Positions 9,886-22,709 are shown, numbered from the whole stretch's first letter. The stretch: 62,253 nucleotides of DNA, filler included, from 12 parts of 12 records of this genome joined end to end with filler, not necessarily neighbours in it; one strand, 5' to 3'. Numbers and translations are program-made. The notes: a model not told the origin generated them from the letters alone.

Positions 9886-11667
9886 CAGCAGCTCGCCCAG
9901 ATGCACAAGCTCCACAGCAGGGCTAGAAGGAGGGCTCGGGGAAGGTCGTTCAATAGAAGCCTGGGCTAGGTATAAACTGTTCAGCCCTGGGCCTTTGCCA
10001 CTCAGACCTTCTGCAGACACCTCGCTGTACAGCGGCCGTTTGTGAGGGCCGATCATTGCTGGCAGCTGTGCCAGACCTTTCCACTCAAGCGCATCCCGGG
10101 CCTCAGCTACAGAGCACCAGCGCCGGAGCCTCGAGCCGCCCTCCTCCCAGCCCTGCTGCTCGGAGAGCTCCGCAGTGACACGGAGCCCAAACCATTGAGT
10201 AAGCGACTTCTTATCCTCATCGCGCAGTACCACCAGCCCAGGCAACTCTATCTGCCCCTGCACCCCAGCCTCCTCGGAGCTCTCCCGCGAAGCCACCCCC
10301 GGCAGATCGCGCTCCTGGCCCTGCTCCACGGTTCCAGCGGGCAGAACCCACTTGTCTTGATGGTTCGCTGAACTCACAAGCAGCAGCTCCAGATCGCCTT
10401 GCTCGGACATCCGGTACGGTACGCACCCGGCACGGATCTTATACCCTCGGCCGTCCACAAACTGGCTACCGGGCTTGCCGGACTTGGAATCCCTCGGCTT
10501 GAGCACCCACTCACTCACACTTGGTAGCTCTGTCCAGGCGCACCCTAGTGGCACGCCCCTGTCACAGGGGCTCGAAGGAGTGTACTCCGGCCGGTCCGGC
10601 AGCGGAGGCGGGCTCTTGCAGGACTTGCTCGATTCTAGCCGCCACAGCGCTAACCGAGCCTGCCCGTCGGTCTTGACGGTGTCGTGGAAATTGGTTTTGT
10701 CTCTGCCGGGCACTTGGTGGAGCTGGTAGTATTTGGAGGGCGAGCTCGGCTGCTCGGCCATGGAAAAGTGCGGGTTCTGGCGCAGGTGGGACGGACATGC
10801 CATTTCAATATCACGCAGGTGCATCGGCGGGGGCGGCACAGGCGGGATCGGCGGGGTATGCGCCGGGCCTAGCCTCATCCTGGACGAGGTCCGGGTCCAG
10901 GCCGTGGCGCTCAGCTGGGTCCGGGAGGCCTTGCTCCCGCGCCAGGCCTCGAGCCGGCGCCCCCGGGGGGATTTCCCGTCGGCCGGCCTTGGCTCGAGGT
11001 CAGGCGCATCGTGCGGTACCTCGCGCAGCGGCTGCTGGGCCGGGGCTGGGCCGCGGGGCTGGCTGAGCTGGGCGACGGTGTACTCGGCCAGCCCATCGAC
11101 TGAGAAGTTTTGCATCATGGTGCCCGGATCTATGTGGATCCCGAAGGTGCTCTCGAGTAGGTGCCTGAGCTCCAAGGCGTGCACGCTGCCCAGGCCCCAT
11201 TCCGAAAGCTGGTCGGAGGAACTCGGCGCGGACTCCCCGGGCTCCAGCTCGAGCATCTCTGTGGCCGCCGCCTCGACCAGCTGTCGCACCTCCCCAGCCG
11301 TGGCCGGGACTGCCGATGGCTCCTTGGGCGTGGTGGCGCTGGGTGGGTGGAGCGTTTGGGTCAGATCAGCCTCCGGGGCCGGGGCCGGGGCCGGGGCCGA
11401 GGCGTTTGCCGGTTCGGGTGCCGGCGCTTTGGCGGCGGCCGAGGCGGACTTCTTGTCCTTCTTCTTCTTGCCCATGCCCTGGCGCGACTGCGCGGTTCCC
11501 CCGCGAGGTGCCTGGCTTGGCGAATCGATAACGACTTTTTGAGGGCCTGGCCAGCCAGGTGTTTCGCACGGGGGATTCGGACCGGATTCGATGAGGGTCA
11601 GCCGGGCCCAGGCTGGGGCGCAGAGGTCGCGGGAGAGCCGGCGCGGGGGGGTCGCGCTATTACCCAT
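9886..11667 (-). CDS. Acyl/peptidyl carrier domain + DIPP/Ap6A-type Nudix hydrolase fusion, 3'-truncated (start at 11667 or 11475)
   Basis: Carrier domain LSEWGLGSVHALELRHLLESTFGIHI (~11065-11290). Nudix GYKIRAGCVPYR..LLLVSS..WVLPAGTVE..ASRESSEEAGVQG (~10075-10470). Both lie in one ORF. Confidence 0.75.
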
Positions 11668-12017
11668 GGCCGGGCGTTAATTGCAATGTTGATTGCTTGA
11701 AATACGCGTATATGAAAAATATTACGCAAATACGCAATGATGAGTCCTAGATGAGTCCGTGGCTCTGTACGGCTCGACGTTCAGTGACACGAGCTACGTA
11801 CGCGCTAGGAGAGCCTCCCCGCGCGTACCGCGCGCATGCTTCCGTTGGCCGCCCCGAGATTTTTTAAACGCGTGATGAACCCCCCCGAGGATCAAGTGAA
11901 TCTATCTATTAATTAAAAATGTGTGAGTGCTCGCTCTCTGAGCCTTGAAAAAAATAGTGAAACGCAAGGAAAGATGATTAAAATTGCCGTGCACAGTGCG
12001 CAAGCAGGTCCTTCAGC

Positions 12018-13500
12018 ATGGTGCGGTGCGCTCTCTTCGGGATGACCGCGCTGCTGCTCGGGCTCTGCCGCGCAGAATCGGCCTGGGAGGAGCTTTCGGT
12101 CGCACCGGACGCCGCGCACTCTTCTCCGTTGTTTGTTCAGTCCTCCGCGGCCGGCAAGGTCCGGCTGGGGCTCGACCGGTCGATCTACCGACAGCTCAAG
12201 AGCAAAGCCAAAGCCCTCGGCGAGTTCAGTATGAAGAACTTCGTAAAGCTGCCTGGGGCCGACCGGCACACCGTACTGCTCCTCAAGGCGTTTGATGTGT
12301 TGAACGACGACGCCGTGATAGAGCACGTCCGAACCGACGGGCGGGTGGACCGGCTGGCGCCGCCCGAGATGCTTCACCTGCACGGGACGATCAGCGGAGA
12401 CCCCGACTCGTTCGTGCTGCTCAACCTGAGCCCGGGTGGCTCCACCGGCGTGGTGCACGCGCGCGACCGCCGAGTATCTATCGAGCGGGATCCGGAGGGG
12501 CACTCTCTGATGCTCGAAGATGGGGAGCCGGGAAAGGTGCACATGGGCACGGCCGCGGGGGCCAAGGTCGTGGGACCCGGCCCGTCCGGCAACGGTGGCG
12601 CCTCGTCCAACTTCCTCACCGGTCCGTCCGGCAACAGCGGGGATGACCTGGAGGAGAAGATGGACAAATACGCCGCGATGCAGGAGCAAGACAACGAGGA
12701 CGAGCTGGTCTGGAACGGGCCAGCCAAGACGCTGGTGGCCGAGACCGAGCAGCTGGAGACGCGCAAGCCGAACAAGTACGTTATCGACATCGCGGTGGAG
12801 TGCGACCAGCGGTGTGTGGCCAGGCTCAATCAGTATGGTCCACAAACAGGTCAGCCGGGGGTTACTGATGCAGCTTCGTATCTGAAGGCTCTGGTCGCCG
12901 GGACCGCTGTGATCTACAAGAGAGACCTCGGGCGCGATCTTGGTATCTCGTTCATGCGGCTTTGGGATAAGGCGTCGCCGTTTGACCAAGGCACCAACTC
13001 TCTGAATCAGCTGCGTGCTCACTATAACAGCAACCCGCCGACTCAGAAGTTTGATGTAGCGCACCTGTTCACCGGTATGCCTGGCTGGTGCACGCCTTGT
13101 GGCTAAATGGTTGTGCCTGTTCAGGAATTCAGGAGGGCGGTGTGGCTTATCTGAAGACAGTCTGCAGGAGAGGGGCAAATGTGGGCGTCTCCTCTCTTCG
13201 TGGAATGTGGAAGGGCACGCAGCAGTCCTCGTCTTTCAACTGGGATTTGATTGTGACTGCCCACGAACTTGGGCACAACTTTGGCTCAGGGCACAGTCAT
13301 GATTACAAGCCTCCGATTGACGAGTGCGTGGCTTGCCGGCAAGGGTTCTCTGAGGCTCAGTGCCTCTCCGGCGGGCAAGCAGTAGGCCCGGTCTCGAGGA
13401 ACGACGCTCGCTGCGTGCGCGGGGTGAGTCGGCTGCCGGGTTGGCCTTGTGCTCACAGGCAGGGCAGACAATCATGAGCTACTGCCACCTGTGCAAGGGC
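12018..13500 (+). CDS. Secreted M12B/reprolysin-type zinc metalloprotease, 3'-truncated
   Basis: Signal peptide, prodomain, IDIAVECD, DVAHLFT|GIQEGGVAY, zinc motif HELGHNFGSGH, Met-turn TIMSY. Two short introns. Confidence 0.85.
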
Positions 13501-13600
13501 NNNNNNNNNNNNNNNNNNNNNNNNNNNNNNNNNNNNNNNNNNNNTTAATTAATTAANNNNNNNNNNNNNNNNNNNNNNNNNNNNNNNNNNNNNNNNNNNN
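13501..13600. other. Artificial contig-joining linker
   Basis: N44-TTAATTAATTAA-N44. Confidence 0.97.
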
Positions 13601-15198
13601 ATCGTCAACGCGCCGCTGAAGAAGTGGAGGGAGCGCGCGCAGCAGTCCAGCAGCAGGAGCGGGATTCCATGATGCAAAGCCGAGAACTCGATAGCACAAA
13701 AGAGCGGTTGGAGGCAGCTGAGAACACTCGCAGTAAGCTGGAAAAGAATCTGGAGGAGACAATGAGTCGATTGGCCCAGGCCCAGGTCGAGTCTGACTCA
13801 GTGTATGTCGAATCGAGGCGAGAGTTTGCTGAGGCAACCACGCGCTATAACAGTGAGCTTGCAGCACACCACAGTGCCCGGGCTAGCCTAGAAGGTTCGC
13901 TTGAAGCAGCCCAGAGACAGAGTGTACAGCTCCAAGCAAGAGTGGCAGAGCAAACAGCAGTGGCGTCAGTGACTTGCACCACACAGCAGCAGCTGGAGAC
14001 CCAAGTACAGAATGCGGAGGCAGATCACAGGCGTGCAGAGGTGGCCTTGCTAGAGTCGAGGCAGCAGGTGGCTGGCACCGGTGTGTGCTCAAATGAATGG
14101 CTGTTCGTAGGTGGGGCAGCTGGAGGGTTCACAGATCCAGCTCGAATCACAAGTTGCAGCTCAAAAGCAACAACTAGCAACTGCTCAAGAAGAGCTCTCC
14201 AAGCTGCAACAGGAATTGCAAAACGCCTTAGGCCGCTGCCAGGAACGACAGCTAGATTCAGACCGCAAGTCCGATCGTTTGGAGGTATCAAAGAGGCACA
14301 CAGCTTGTTTGAGGTAACTCTGATCTGTAGGTGGAGCTGAAACTGGCCCAATCTCAATGTGCTGAGTCCGAGCGACAGTTGCAAGCACAGGCTGCAGATT
14401 TGACCCAAAAGTGAGTCTGGTGGACGTGGCCTCCGGAACTGAGAGAATCTGCACTGCAGGCTCGCGCTACAGCAACAACAGGCGGATGCTGCACTCCAGG
14501 TAGTCAACGCTCAGCTTGAGAAATGCCAAGAGGAGATCGACGAGCAGAAGCAGTGGCGCGTCGGCATGGAAACAGAGGTAGAAGCAACAAGCAATGCTCT
14601 GAAAGTTTCTCAAGACGAGCATGCAGCTATGAAGGAACGATATTCTGCTCAGGTGACAGCCTGATGAGTTGAATTGTTAAGCCAGAATTAGGTTGAAGCA
14701 TTTGAGGAGCTCCAGCAAGCGAAGGCCCAGCTCCGGGATCAACTTCAAGAGGTGGTCTTCACTGCAACAGACCGTTCTAATGTTTGTAAACAGATGACTG
14801 ACAGAAGTCAGAAGCAAGAGAACGAGAAGCAAGCAAGTCAGAGGCAGATCATCCCTGCTGAAGCGCCCCATTCAGAGCCCACAATGTCGGTGGTGGATGA
14901 TGCCACTGATGGCGTCTATCAATTCCTTGAGGCCAATGACTGCCTTGAATTCCACCACGTGTTTGTACAGCATGAAATTGACGCTGATACCATTCCATAC
15001 CTCACAGAGACGGATCTTATTGCAATGGGGGTGCATTCTGTTGGACGCAGGCGTAAACTCCTGGTGAGTAGGCATGCTGAACCTTGGTTTTCATAATCAT
15101 TGCTCTTGCAGACGCTTTGTCACACAGCTGGATCGTCACCCTCTGCTTCGATTGCAAGCAGATTGAAATCACGCATGCATTTCCAGCACATGAAGTAA
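13601..15198 (+). CDS. Coiled-coil protein with C-terminal SAM domain, 5'-truncated, multi-exon
   Basis: Long E/Q/A heptad exons. SAM-like VYQFLEANDCLEFHHVFVQHEIDADTIPYLTETDLIAMGVHSVGRRRKLL (~14910-15063). Confidence 0.7.
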
Positions 15199-15503
15199 GC
15201 GTGTAACGATCTCTGTATGATGCATTATGCTGCGTGTGCAAAGGTCATAATCAACTTCATTCATTCCCGTCTATGCAAGACATGAATGATTGTATTTAGA
15301 ACTAAGTAGACGATCTAAGGTCGGTTTTTAATTAGGTTTTAATTACGAGAGCTTCAACTCTTGCTGGCACGAGTTCTAAAGCTCAATTGAATTATAAATT
15401 ACAAGCAGCTCTGCTTAAGCTTAGCTCCTCTGTCACGTAGTTAAGCACACGTGTGAACATAACCTGTATTTTATTATTAATTAATTTTACACAAGTATTT
15501 TCA

Positions 15504-16399
15504 TTATAATACAAATCTTGCTTGTTCCACAGCCTTGCCGAATTTGCGGTCTCTCCGGTAATGTCGAGTTTGGTGAGGCTGAGCGAGCCGCCTTGGGTCG
15601 TCGTCCCACACAGATTCGGACGGAAGCGGTGTCAAGTCGCCATTGGTGTGCCAGTACCGCCCTTTATGCGGCACGAAATCTGCTCTAGATGTTGAGTTTC
15701 CGCAGAAAGTTTGACGGTTTCTTCGTGGGATCACTGGCCGCCCATCTTGACCGACTTTGTCCCGAGCCCTTTGTTCGTTCCATTTGAAAGCCAGTGACGG
15801 CGATGGGCAGCAACCGTCGTGGGCACTTTGCCAAGGCGTTGTGAGCCAAAGAGCCGTGTCAGTGTCCAGTTCTTTTCTCTGTTTCCGAATAGCCTCATCT
15901 CGAGCTGTCCAGTGGAGCTCGTCTCCCAGCATGAGCGGTCCTCGGGGCTTGTGATGCTCCTGTGAAGCCTTTAACACCTCAGTCGCCGAGCCTACAATAG
16001 AGCGGTCGTCCTGTCACACAGCTCACTGCTTTCGGCCCCCCGAGAGGCAATACCCGGCCACTCAGGGCGTGCCTAGGTGGCTTCAGCTTCTTGCCGAAGC
16101 TGCCAGCGATCTGCGTCATGCCACCATAGTTGAGGAGTCGCTCACGCCCTTTGTCTGGATCGAACACGTACGCCCTGACCCACTGTGTGAGGCCGGCTGG
16201 GGCCCGAGCAGGGCAGCTCTCACCTGGGACGCATGTAGCCGCCAACAATCTGCTCGGGCGGAGGATCGGGCAGTATGGGCGAGTATGTATTGGGCACTCC
16301 TCCTACTTGGTCCGGTTCGGGCATCCTCTTGAACCGGGCCGAGCTTGGACTGGGCGACATCCAGACTCCATCGAGCTGGTGCTTGGAGTTCAGCACCAT
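15504..16399 (-). CDS. Hypothetical protein, 2 or more introns (start uncertain)
   Basis: Three consecutive minus-strand ORF pieces joinable by GT-AG mini-introns. Stop at 15504 next to an AT-rich spacer. Confidence 0.55.
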
Positions 16400-16532
16400 C
16401 CTGGCTCCCAGATGCTGCCCGTGCCGCACACCCCGCCCCGCCGCTCAGCCGGCCGAGGGCTCCACCAGCCTCCGCAGCAGAGTGCCGCGCTGTCCGCTTT
16501 TGGCCTCGCCCGTTTGGACTTGTTTCAGGGCG

Positions 16533-18033
16533 ATGCCACCGGCTTGGGCCTGGTTGGCGCTCATGGTCGCGGCCGGGGCGGCGGCGGCCACCAGCGGCGG
16601 GGCCAACTCAGGACGCGGCAAGCTAGTTTGCACCGAGCACCGGTCGGATCAAGGTGCCGACCCCGGATCGCGGGGCGGAGCCAGGGGGGCAGCCGGGGTA
16701 CCAGAGGTGCAGCTGGTGTGCGGGGTGCTTAACCGGCACCCGGTGGAGGTCGGGCTGTGGGACTCGGAGACCCAACCGCCGGTACATAGCTTAACTACCA
16801 CGGTCCCGCACGACGGCTCGCCGCTCGACTCGGTGGCGGCCATCCGGCTGAATGGCACCGCCCAAGACGGCGACTGCGCCGAGCACCACGGACAAGTCCG
16901 AGGCTGCAGCCGGCTGGGCTACCGGTGGGCCTGCGGCTCGCCCCAAGCCGACTTGAGCGCGGCGGACTTGAGCAACGAGCTGGTGATCCAGCTGCCCAAC
17001 GGGACGCACAGCTGCAACCTGACCGCCTGCGACGAGCACGACGCGTGCTGGTGGCAGACGATTTCGATCGCGGTGCCGCCCTAGGTCGCGCGCATTGACT
17101 GAGCCACTTGCCCTTCTGGCAGGTGCAAGCAGAGCCTAATGCGGCCCCAATCGCCAGCTGGAGGTCCGGGTCGGCCACAGAATTCAGAGTGCTGCATGAT
17201 GGCGACCCAGCCACCAACACGGCCGCTGTGCACCTGAACGGCCAAGTGGACGATCCGGACGAGTGGCTTGACCTTGACGGCCGAGTGGCCCAAGACGCAA
17301 TCGACTCCAGCTGGACATGCAGCACCGCTGAGGGAGAGGCTGTAGCCAGTGCAGCAGGCGCAGAGGTGGTGGTGGACTTGCCAGAGGGAGAGTACATCTG
17401 CGAGCTGACTGCCCGCGACCCGTACATGGCGGTCGGGGTGCACCAAGAGCACGTGCTGGTCAATCCAGAGCCCAACTACCTGCCAGTGCCCAACGCAGGA
17501 CCAGACACTAACTACACCGTGGTGCACGACGGAACACCCGAGACAGCTGAACGCTCGCTGACTCTTGATGGGAATGCCAGCGCAGACAGCGACGGGGACG
17601 TCTTCTCGGCCTCGTGGGACTGTGGGGCTGGCCTGACCGCTGTTGGGCTAACTGCGCACGTGATGCTGCCCAAAGGATCACACCACTGCGTGCTCACGCT
17701 CAAGGATCCTTATGGTCCAGAACGGAACGACACAGTCCTGATCACCATCGATGAGGAACCTAACGACCCGCCTGTCGCTGATGCTGGAGACGACCAGTTT
17801 CCGACTGTGCCACACGACGGGCTGCCAGACACGGACTACACTGTTGTGTTGCTGAATGGAAGCCGGAGCGCTGACCCGGAAGGCGACCAGTTGATCTATT
17901 CTTGGGACTGCGGAAACGGCGTCGTGGCGGCTGATGCCAATGCGCTGATTTCTCTTCCAGCGGGTGAACACGTCTGCCAGCTGACAGTCACAGATAGCTA
18001 TGGTGCTATCAGCAGTGACAGCGTGACGATCAG
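16533..18033 (+). CDS. Secreted/surface protein with tandem PKD/Ig-like repeats, 3'-truncated
   Basis: Signal peptide MPPAWAWLALMVAAG. About four ~100-aa repeats of the form EPN.P.A.AG.D..V.HDG.P.T..V.LNGS.S.DPEGD.L.YSW.CG..LP.GEH.C.LTV.D.YG. Confidence 0.75.
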
Positions 18034-18133
18034 NNNNNNNNNNNNNNNNNNNNNNNNNNNNNNNNNNNNNNNNNNNNTTAATTAATTAANNNNNNNNNNN
18101 NNNNNNNNNNNNNNNNNNNNNNNNNNNNNNNNN
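18034..18133. other. Artificial contig-joining linker
   Basis: N44-TTAATTAATTAA-N44. Confidence 0.97.
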
Positions 18134-18290
18134 GTTTCCTTGTGATGAAAAATTCGAGTTCCGAATGAGTCGGAAGAATGTACAGAATGAATGAATACAT
18201 TACTTGTCCTTACATGACATTGTACTCGAGCTCGCTTCATGTCAAAAGCTCGACCGGCTCGACACGCAACACAACCACACAGACCAATCT

Positions 18291-21200
18291 CTAAAATTCA
18301 GGGGCCTCGTCGTCAAACAACGGTAAGACGAGAGCAGTGAACTCATCAAGGTTCAAAACCTGACCGCACGCATTTACTCACCCGTTGCCCTGCACCGCAA
18401 CTGCACCTCCGCAGCGTGCTTGCCATTTTCCCTCAGCAATTGCCTCACCTGCAAGTCGCCACAACGCATCATCTCAATCTGGATAAATACCAATCAAGGC
18501 CCGTTGTCACCTCCTCATCTGTCAACACCAGTCCAAGTGCCTCAACAGCGTCGCCAAGATCGGCTGCGTTGACAATTCCAGTCTGGTCGAAATCATATAT
18601 CTATACAGCCAATCATCCATAGTGCGACGGTAAACATTAGGGATAAATTTACGCTTAGAGCACCTCAAAAGCATCGCAAATCTGTTGCTGCAACTCCGGG
18701 CTAATCGAATGGGCCATTCCTCCAGCCTCGGACTCCAGCCTGGGGGATACAATAGCGCAGAATTCGCTAAACGAGATGAGCCCAGACTGAGCAGTCCTGA
18801 GGTTCCGCATGAGTGTCTTTACCTCTTGCTCTGAGGCATCCAGCCCAAGAGCCTCCATGGCATCTCGGAGCTCGCGTTTGTCAATCTTGCCAGATTGATC
18901 TGTGTCGAACAGTGCAAACACTTCGCGCAGTCCCTCATCCGCCTGATTCAAAGCTGGCTCCTTACCAACTGGCTCTGCAGCGAACAGTGGGGCTGACCCG
19001 TTGATCACAGCGCAAAACTCTTGAAAGTCTATTCCGCCGCTGTGATCCGTATCGACTTTTGCTAGCACATTCTCCACCTGCCATTAGGATTAGGGTGAAA
19101 GTTAGCGTCGGGATTAAGGAGTGCCTGCCCTTCTGAGACATCCAGTCCCAGAGCCTCCATGGCGTCCCTCAATTCCTGTTCCATGATTACACCCGAACGA
19201 TCCACATCAAACAGCTCGAATACAGCACGCAAGTCGGCCTCGCATATGCCAGCATCCTGAAACTCTTGTTCCGCAGGTTGCTGCGTGATGGGCTCTGGCA
19301 AGTCTTGACACTCCCGCCTGGTGACCACCTCTGGTTCCACCTTCATTGGCACCGGCTGGATCTCCACCTGAGGATGATTCATCTTAATGATACAATTAGA
19401 ATGAAATCACCTGCTGAGGTTGGTCTGTGGGTAGCTCAGGCAGGTCAAGCTCCAGCCTCAACGCATGTGCCTTGGGTGAGAAATTGAAGCAGATCATCAC
19501 AGACGGCTGCTCGGCAGGCCCAGAGGCAGGGCTGAGCACAGCCATCACTGTACGCGCCTCAGTGCAAGGGTCATCTTCGTCGTCCCGCCAGTTCACCCAA
19601 AGCCCAGCCTCTGCCACACTTGCCTGCTTACTGTGCATCTGAGGGAGAGCGCTGATCCGGTTCTTACTAATATTGAGCACAAGGTCCACAAAGCGACGCT
19701 GGAACTCATCCAAGGGCTGCACCTCCTCGACTACCGCAGGCGGGAAAGTCATAGGCAGCGTCGCTCGGCTGACATCCCGTGCAGTCTTGAAAGCATTCAA
19801 CCAGTCCTGACAGTCCTTTTTGGTCTCGCTCTCGAATTCGAGCGGATCGCCATCCATGTGCACCTGTCCAGTCATGAGTGTCTATGTAAGTCTCGTGATG
19901 GGGGCACCAGCACATATTTCTTCTCGCCGTGCCTCTGCACAGTCTTGATCCGCCCGAGTGGCACCAAGTACTTGGGCTTGACCTCTGACTTGGTCTTCTG
20001 CACTCGGAAGTAGCTCCCATCCAACTTACACCTGCGCAAGCTAATCAGAATCACATTAAATCAAGCAACATACCAGCGTTGGTTCCAAGTGAACCCGCCC
20101 TGGCCCTTCTTTTGAAGGTAACCCTCATAGATAATGGCAGACTTGTCCGGCCCAATCCGGCCACGGGGTGAGTTAGTCAGCTCAGCCCTCACCTGCCGCC
20201 GGCCATCCTCAGCCACAGATCCTGCAAAGCGGTAGCTCTCTGCGCAAACTCGCCTTATTGAGCTCCTGCTGCAGCTTGGCCTTGGTCAGTTCTTCCGCGC
20301 CAGTGCTCCTCACCTTAACTGGCGAGCCAGACCTGCGTTCACAAATGCTGTTCACAAGATATTCAAAGCCAACTTTACCTCGAGAGAGACTGGATCTCGC
20401 TCTTGGCCTGCTGCAGTTCCATTCGCAGCTGACGCTCCGTCTGCTTGAGCTCCGCCTGCACGGTCAAACTGACTTAGATTAAATCAAGTCACATCAAATC
20501 ACCATCTCCATCGGCTCAGGCTCAGGCGAGCTATCACCGCCTGGTGTGACAGGGTCGACAAGCTCAACCTCCGGCGACATAAACCCCGCGCGCAGCTCTG
20601 ACCGTTGCTCTGAACGCTGAAGTCTGCTTGTCAGGTGCTTGACTTCAGCTTGAAGCGGTTCCAGTTCTCGCTCACGCCGCCGCAGTTGACGGTTCTCTTG
20701 CTGCAGCTTATCCACGTCCTCAAGACACCTGTCGGACCGTTCTCAGCCACAGATTTGCCGACCGGCTGTTCTCAGCCACAAAAGCGCTACAGGCCGCAAG
20801 TCACCTGTCCAAGTCCTGCTGCAGCCGCATATTCTCCTCGACTAGTTTCATCTCTCCCTCCCTGCCCACCCGCCACTCTCAGTATCCACAGCCAACCGTT
20901 CCGAGCCACCTGTCTCTCTCCACTTGCTCGGCCTGGCCAGCAAGCTCGGCTGCCATCTCGGCCAGCTCGCGTTGGCTCGACCTCAGGCTAGTTTTGAGCT
21001 CATCGGCCTCCGACTTTGAGTGGGACAGCGCGTCCTTCGTCTGGTCCAGAGCGTGCCGCGACTCGCTCAACTCTCCTTGGGTGCTCCCGAGCGCCTCGTC
21101 TGCCTGCCGGCGGGCCGCCACTGTCTGAGCCAGCTCTCGCTCCATCTCTGTGTGCTCCTCTCGCAGCGAGGCCAGCTCCCTGTTCTGGAGCTTGAGCCCG

Positions 21201-22709
21201 CGAACTTCCCTCTCGAGCTCAGCGTGCCACCTGCTCACCAGGCTCGGTGTCTGGCTCCGATGGGTCTATTTGCCTGCTCATTTCGGCCAACTTGTTGGGC
21301 AGCTCGCTCAGTTCTTGGTTCTGTGTATGAAGCTGCTCCATCTGCGATTGGAGCTCGGCCGCTCGGCCAGCCGCGTCACGCGAGCGCTTGAGCTCGGCCT
21401 GGACATCCACAGGCTGAGCATCAGCATCGCTGGCGGCACTAGGGCATTGTTGGGCACCTCGAGCTCAGACTCGAGCTGGACACTGCGCGAGGCCGACTGG
21501 CCACTGCTCGCCTGGAGCCCAGCCAGCTTCTCTGTCCGCCGGGCTGGCCAACAGCTCGAGCAGCCAGCACCTTCCGCCTCGGAGAGCTGATCCCGCAGCC
21601 TCGCGATCTCAAGCTGATGCATCTTCCCTGCCACCAGCCTCTCTAAGCCACAGATCCGGAGGGCGGTCTCACCCTCTGAGCGCTCTCGTCGGGCCTCCAG
21701 TGTCGCACCCAGCGGACTGGATGACCGTTTGACGGCGGCTGGGGCTGCGGCAACAGTCGCTGTCACTCGCTGCCGCGGTGCTAGCCCAGCTGAACCTGCC
21801 TTCAGCTCAGCGCGCTCCTGGGCCCGGGCACCAGCAGCTCGGGCTTTGCGGGCGCCAGCATTGAGCAGCATCCGGGTCGCCAGGCAGCCCGCCCGCCACT
21901 TGCGGATCAGCCGCCGCGCCTCGGGTCCAGCAGACCTGTCGATCCGGCCGCTCTGTGCATGCAGCACACCCCCCACTCTCTCGAGTGCCTGGACGTGGCT
22001 GTCGACACACTCAGCCGGCCAGCGCCCGAGCACCGACCTGGCGCCAATCGGCGAACGGCCCGGTTCGGGCTCGGGCGTCCAGTTTTTGCTTGGGCGCCGG
22101 TTCCGGTCGGCGGGCCGGGCGCGCCGGGCTTGCCGCATCTTATAGATGGCCATGTTCCGGCGCCACAGCGCGACGATACGGAGGGCCCACCGGTACTGCA
22201 GCATCGTCGACAGCTGGAGCAGCCCGTCCCGCCGCAGGTTGTCACTCCCTGGCCGGCGGGTCAGCCAGCGCGCGCTGTGCAGTACCGGGAGGCGCGCGGC
22301 GGGCAGGGCTGCGGGTCGGGCTCGCGCTGCTGCCCAGCTTCATCGCGCGCTGGATCCAGGCCAGCTTGGCCTCCTCCCCGCTGCCAGGGCTCGGTTTGCC
22401 CCGGCGAGAGCGGGCCAGGCGCTCCCTGTGCAGCCGTTCCTGCCGCCGTGTCGGCCAGCCGCCGGGGCAGGCAGATCAGAGGGGATGCGCTGATCAGAGG
22501 CGGCTAGCCGGCAGGGGGGGAGTGCCTTGACGTGCTGACTGGTCTTGGGGCCGTCTCCAGACATGGGCACCGTCTGCGGCAGCACGTTCCCTGCGACTGC
22601 CGCCACTGGGCGAGGCCAACGGCAATTTGTCGTCGGCGCTGAGTGAGGGCACGGGCTGGGCGCGGCAGACCATGGTCGTGGACGGCGACCAGGTCCGTGT
22701 GAGCCTACG
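18291..22709 (-). CDS. Large coiled-coil + PH domain + centrin-like EF-hand repeat protein, multi-exon, 5' end uncertain
   Basis: Coiled-coil exons, then PH start IYEGYLQKKGQGGFTWNQRW (~20075-20135), then repeated EF pairs LREVFALFDTDQSGKIDKRELRDAMEALGL. Stop TAG at 18291. Confidence 0.7.

Noticed and set aside
11872-11941. Possible C/D-box snoRNA (GTGATGA ... CTGA)
   Set aside because: No convincing terminal stem or recognisable rRNA guide; the motifs alone are too short
10733-13178. Long antisense or overlapping ORFs (e.g. 10733-11542 +, 11913-13178 -, also 24773-25696 + and 30078-31238 -)
   Set aside because: Shadow ORFs expected opposite GC-rich coding sequence; no recognisable motifs
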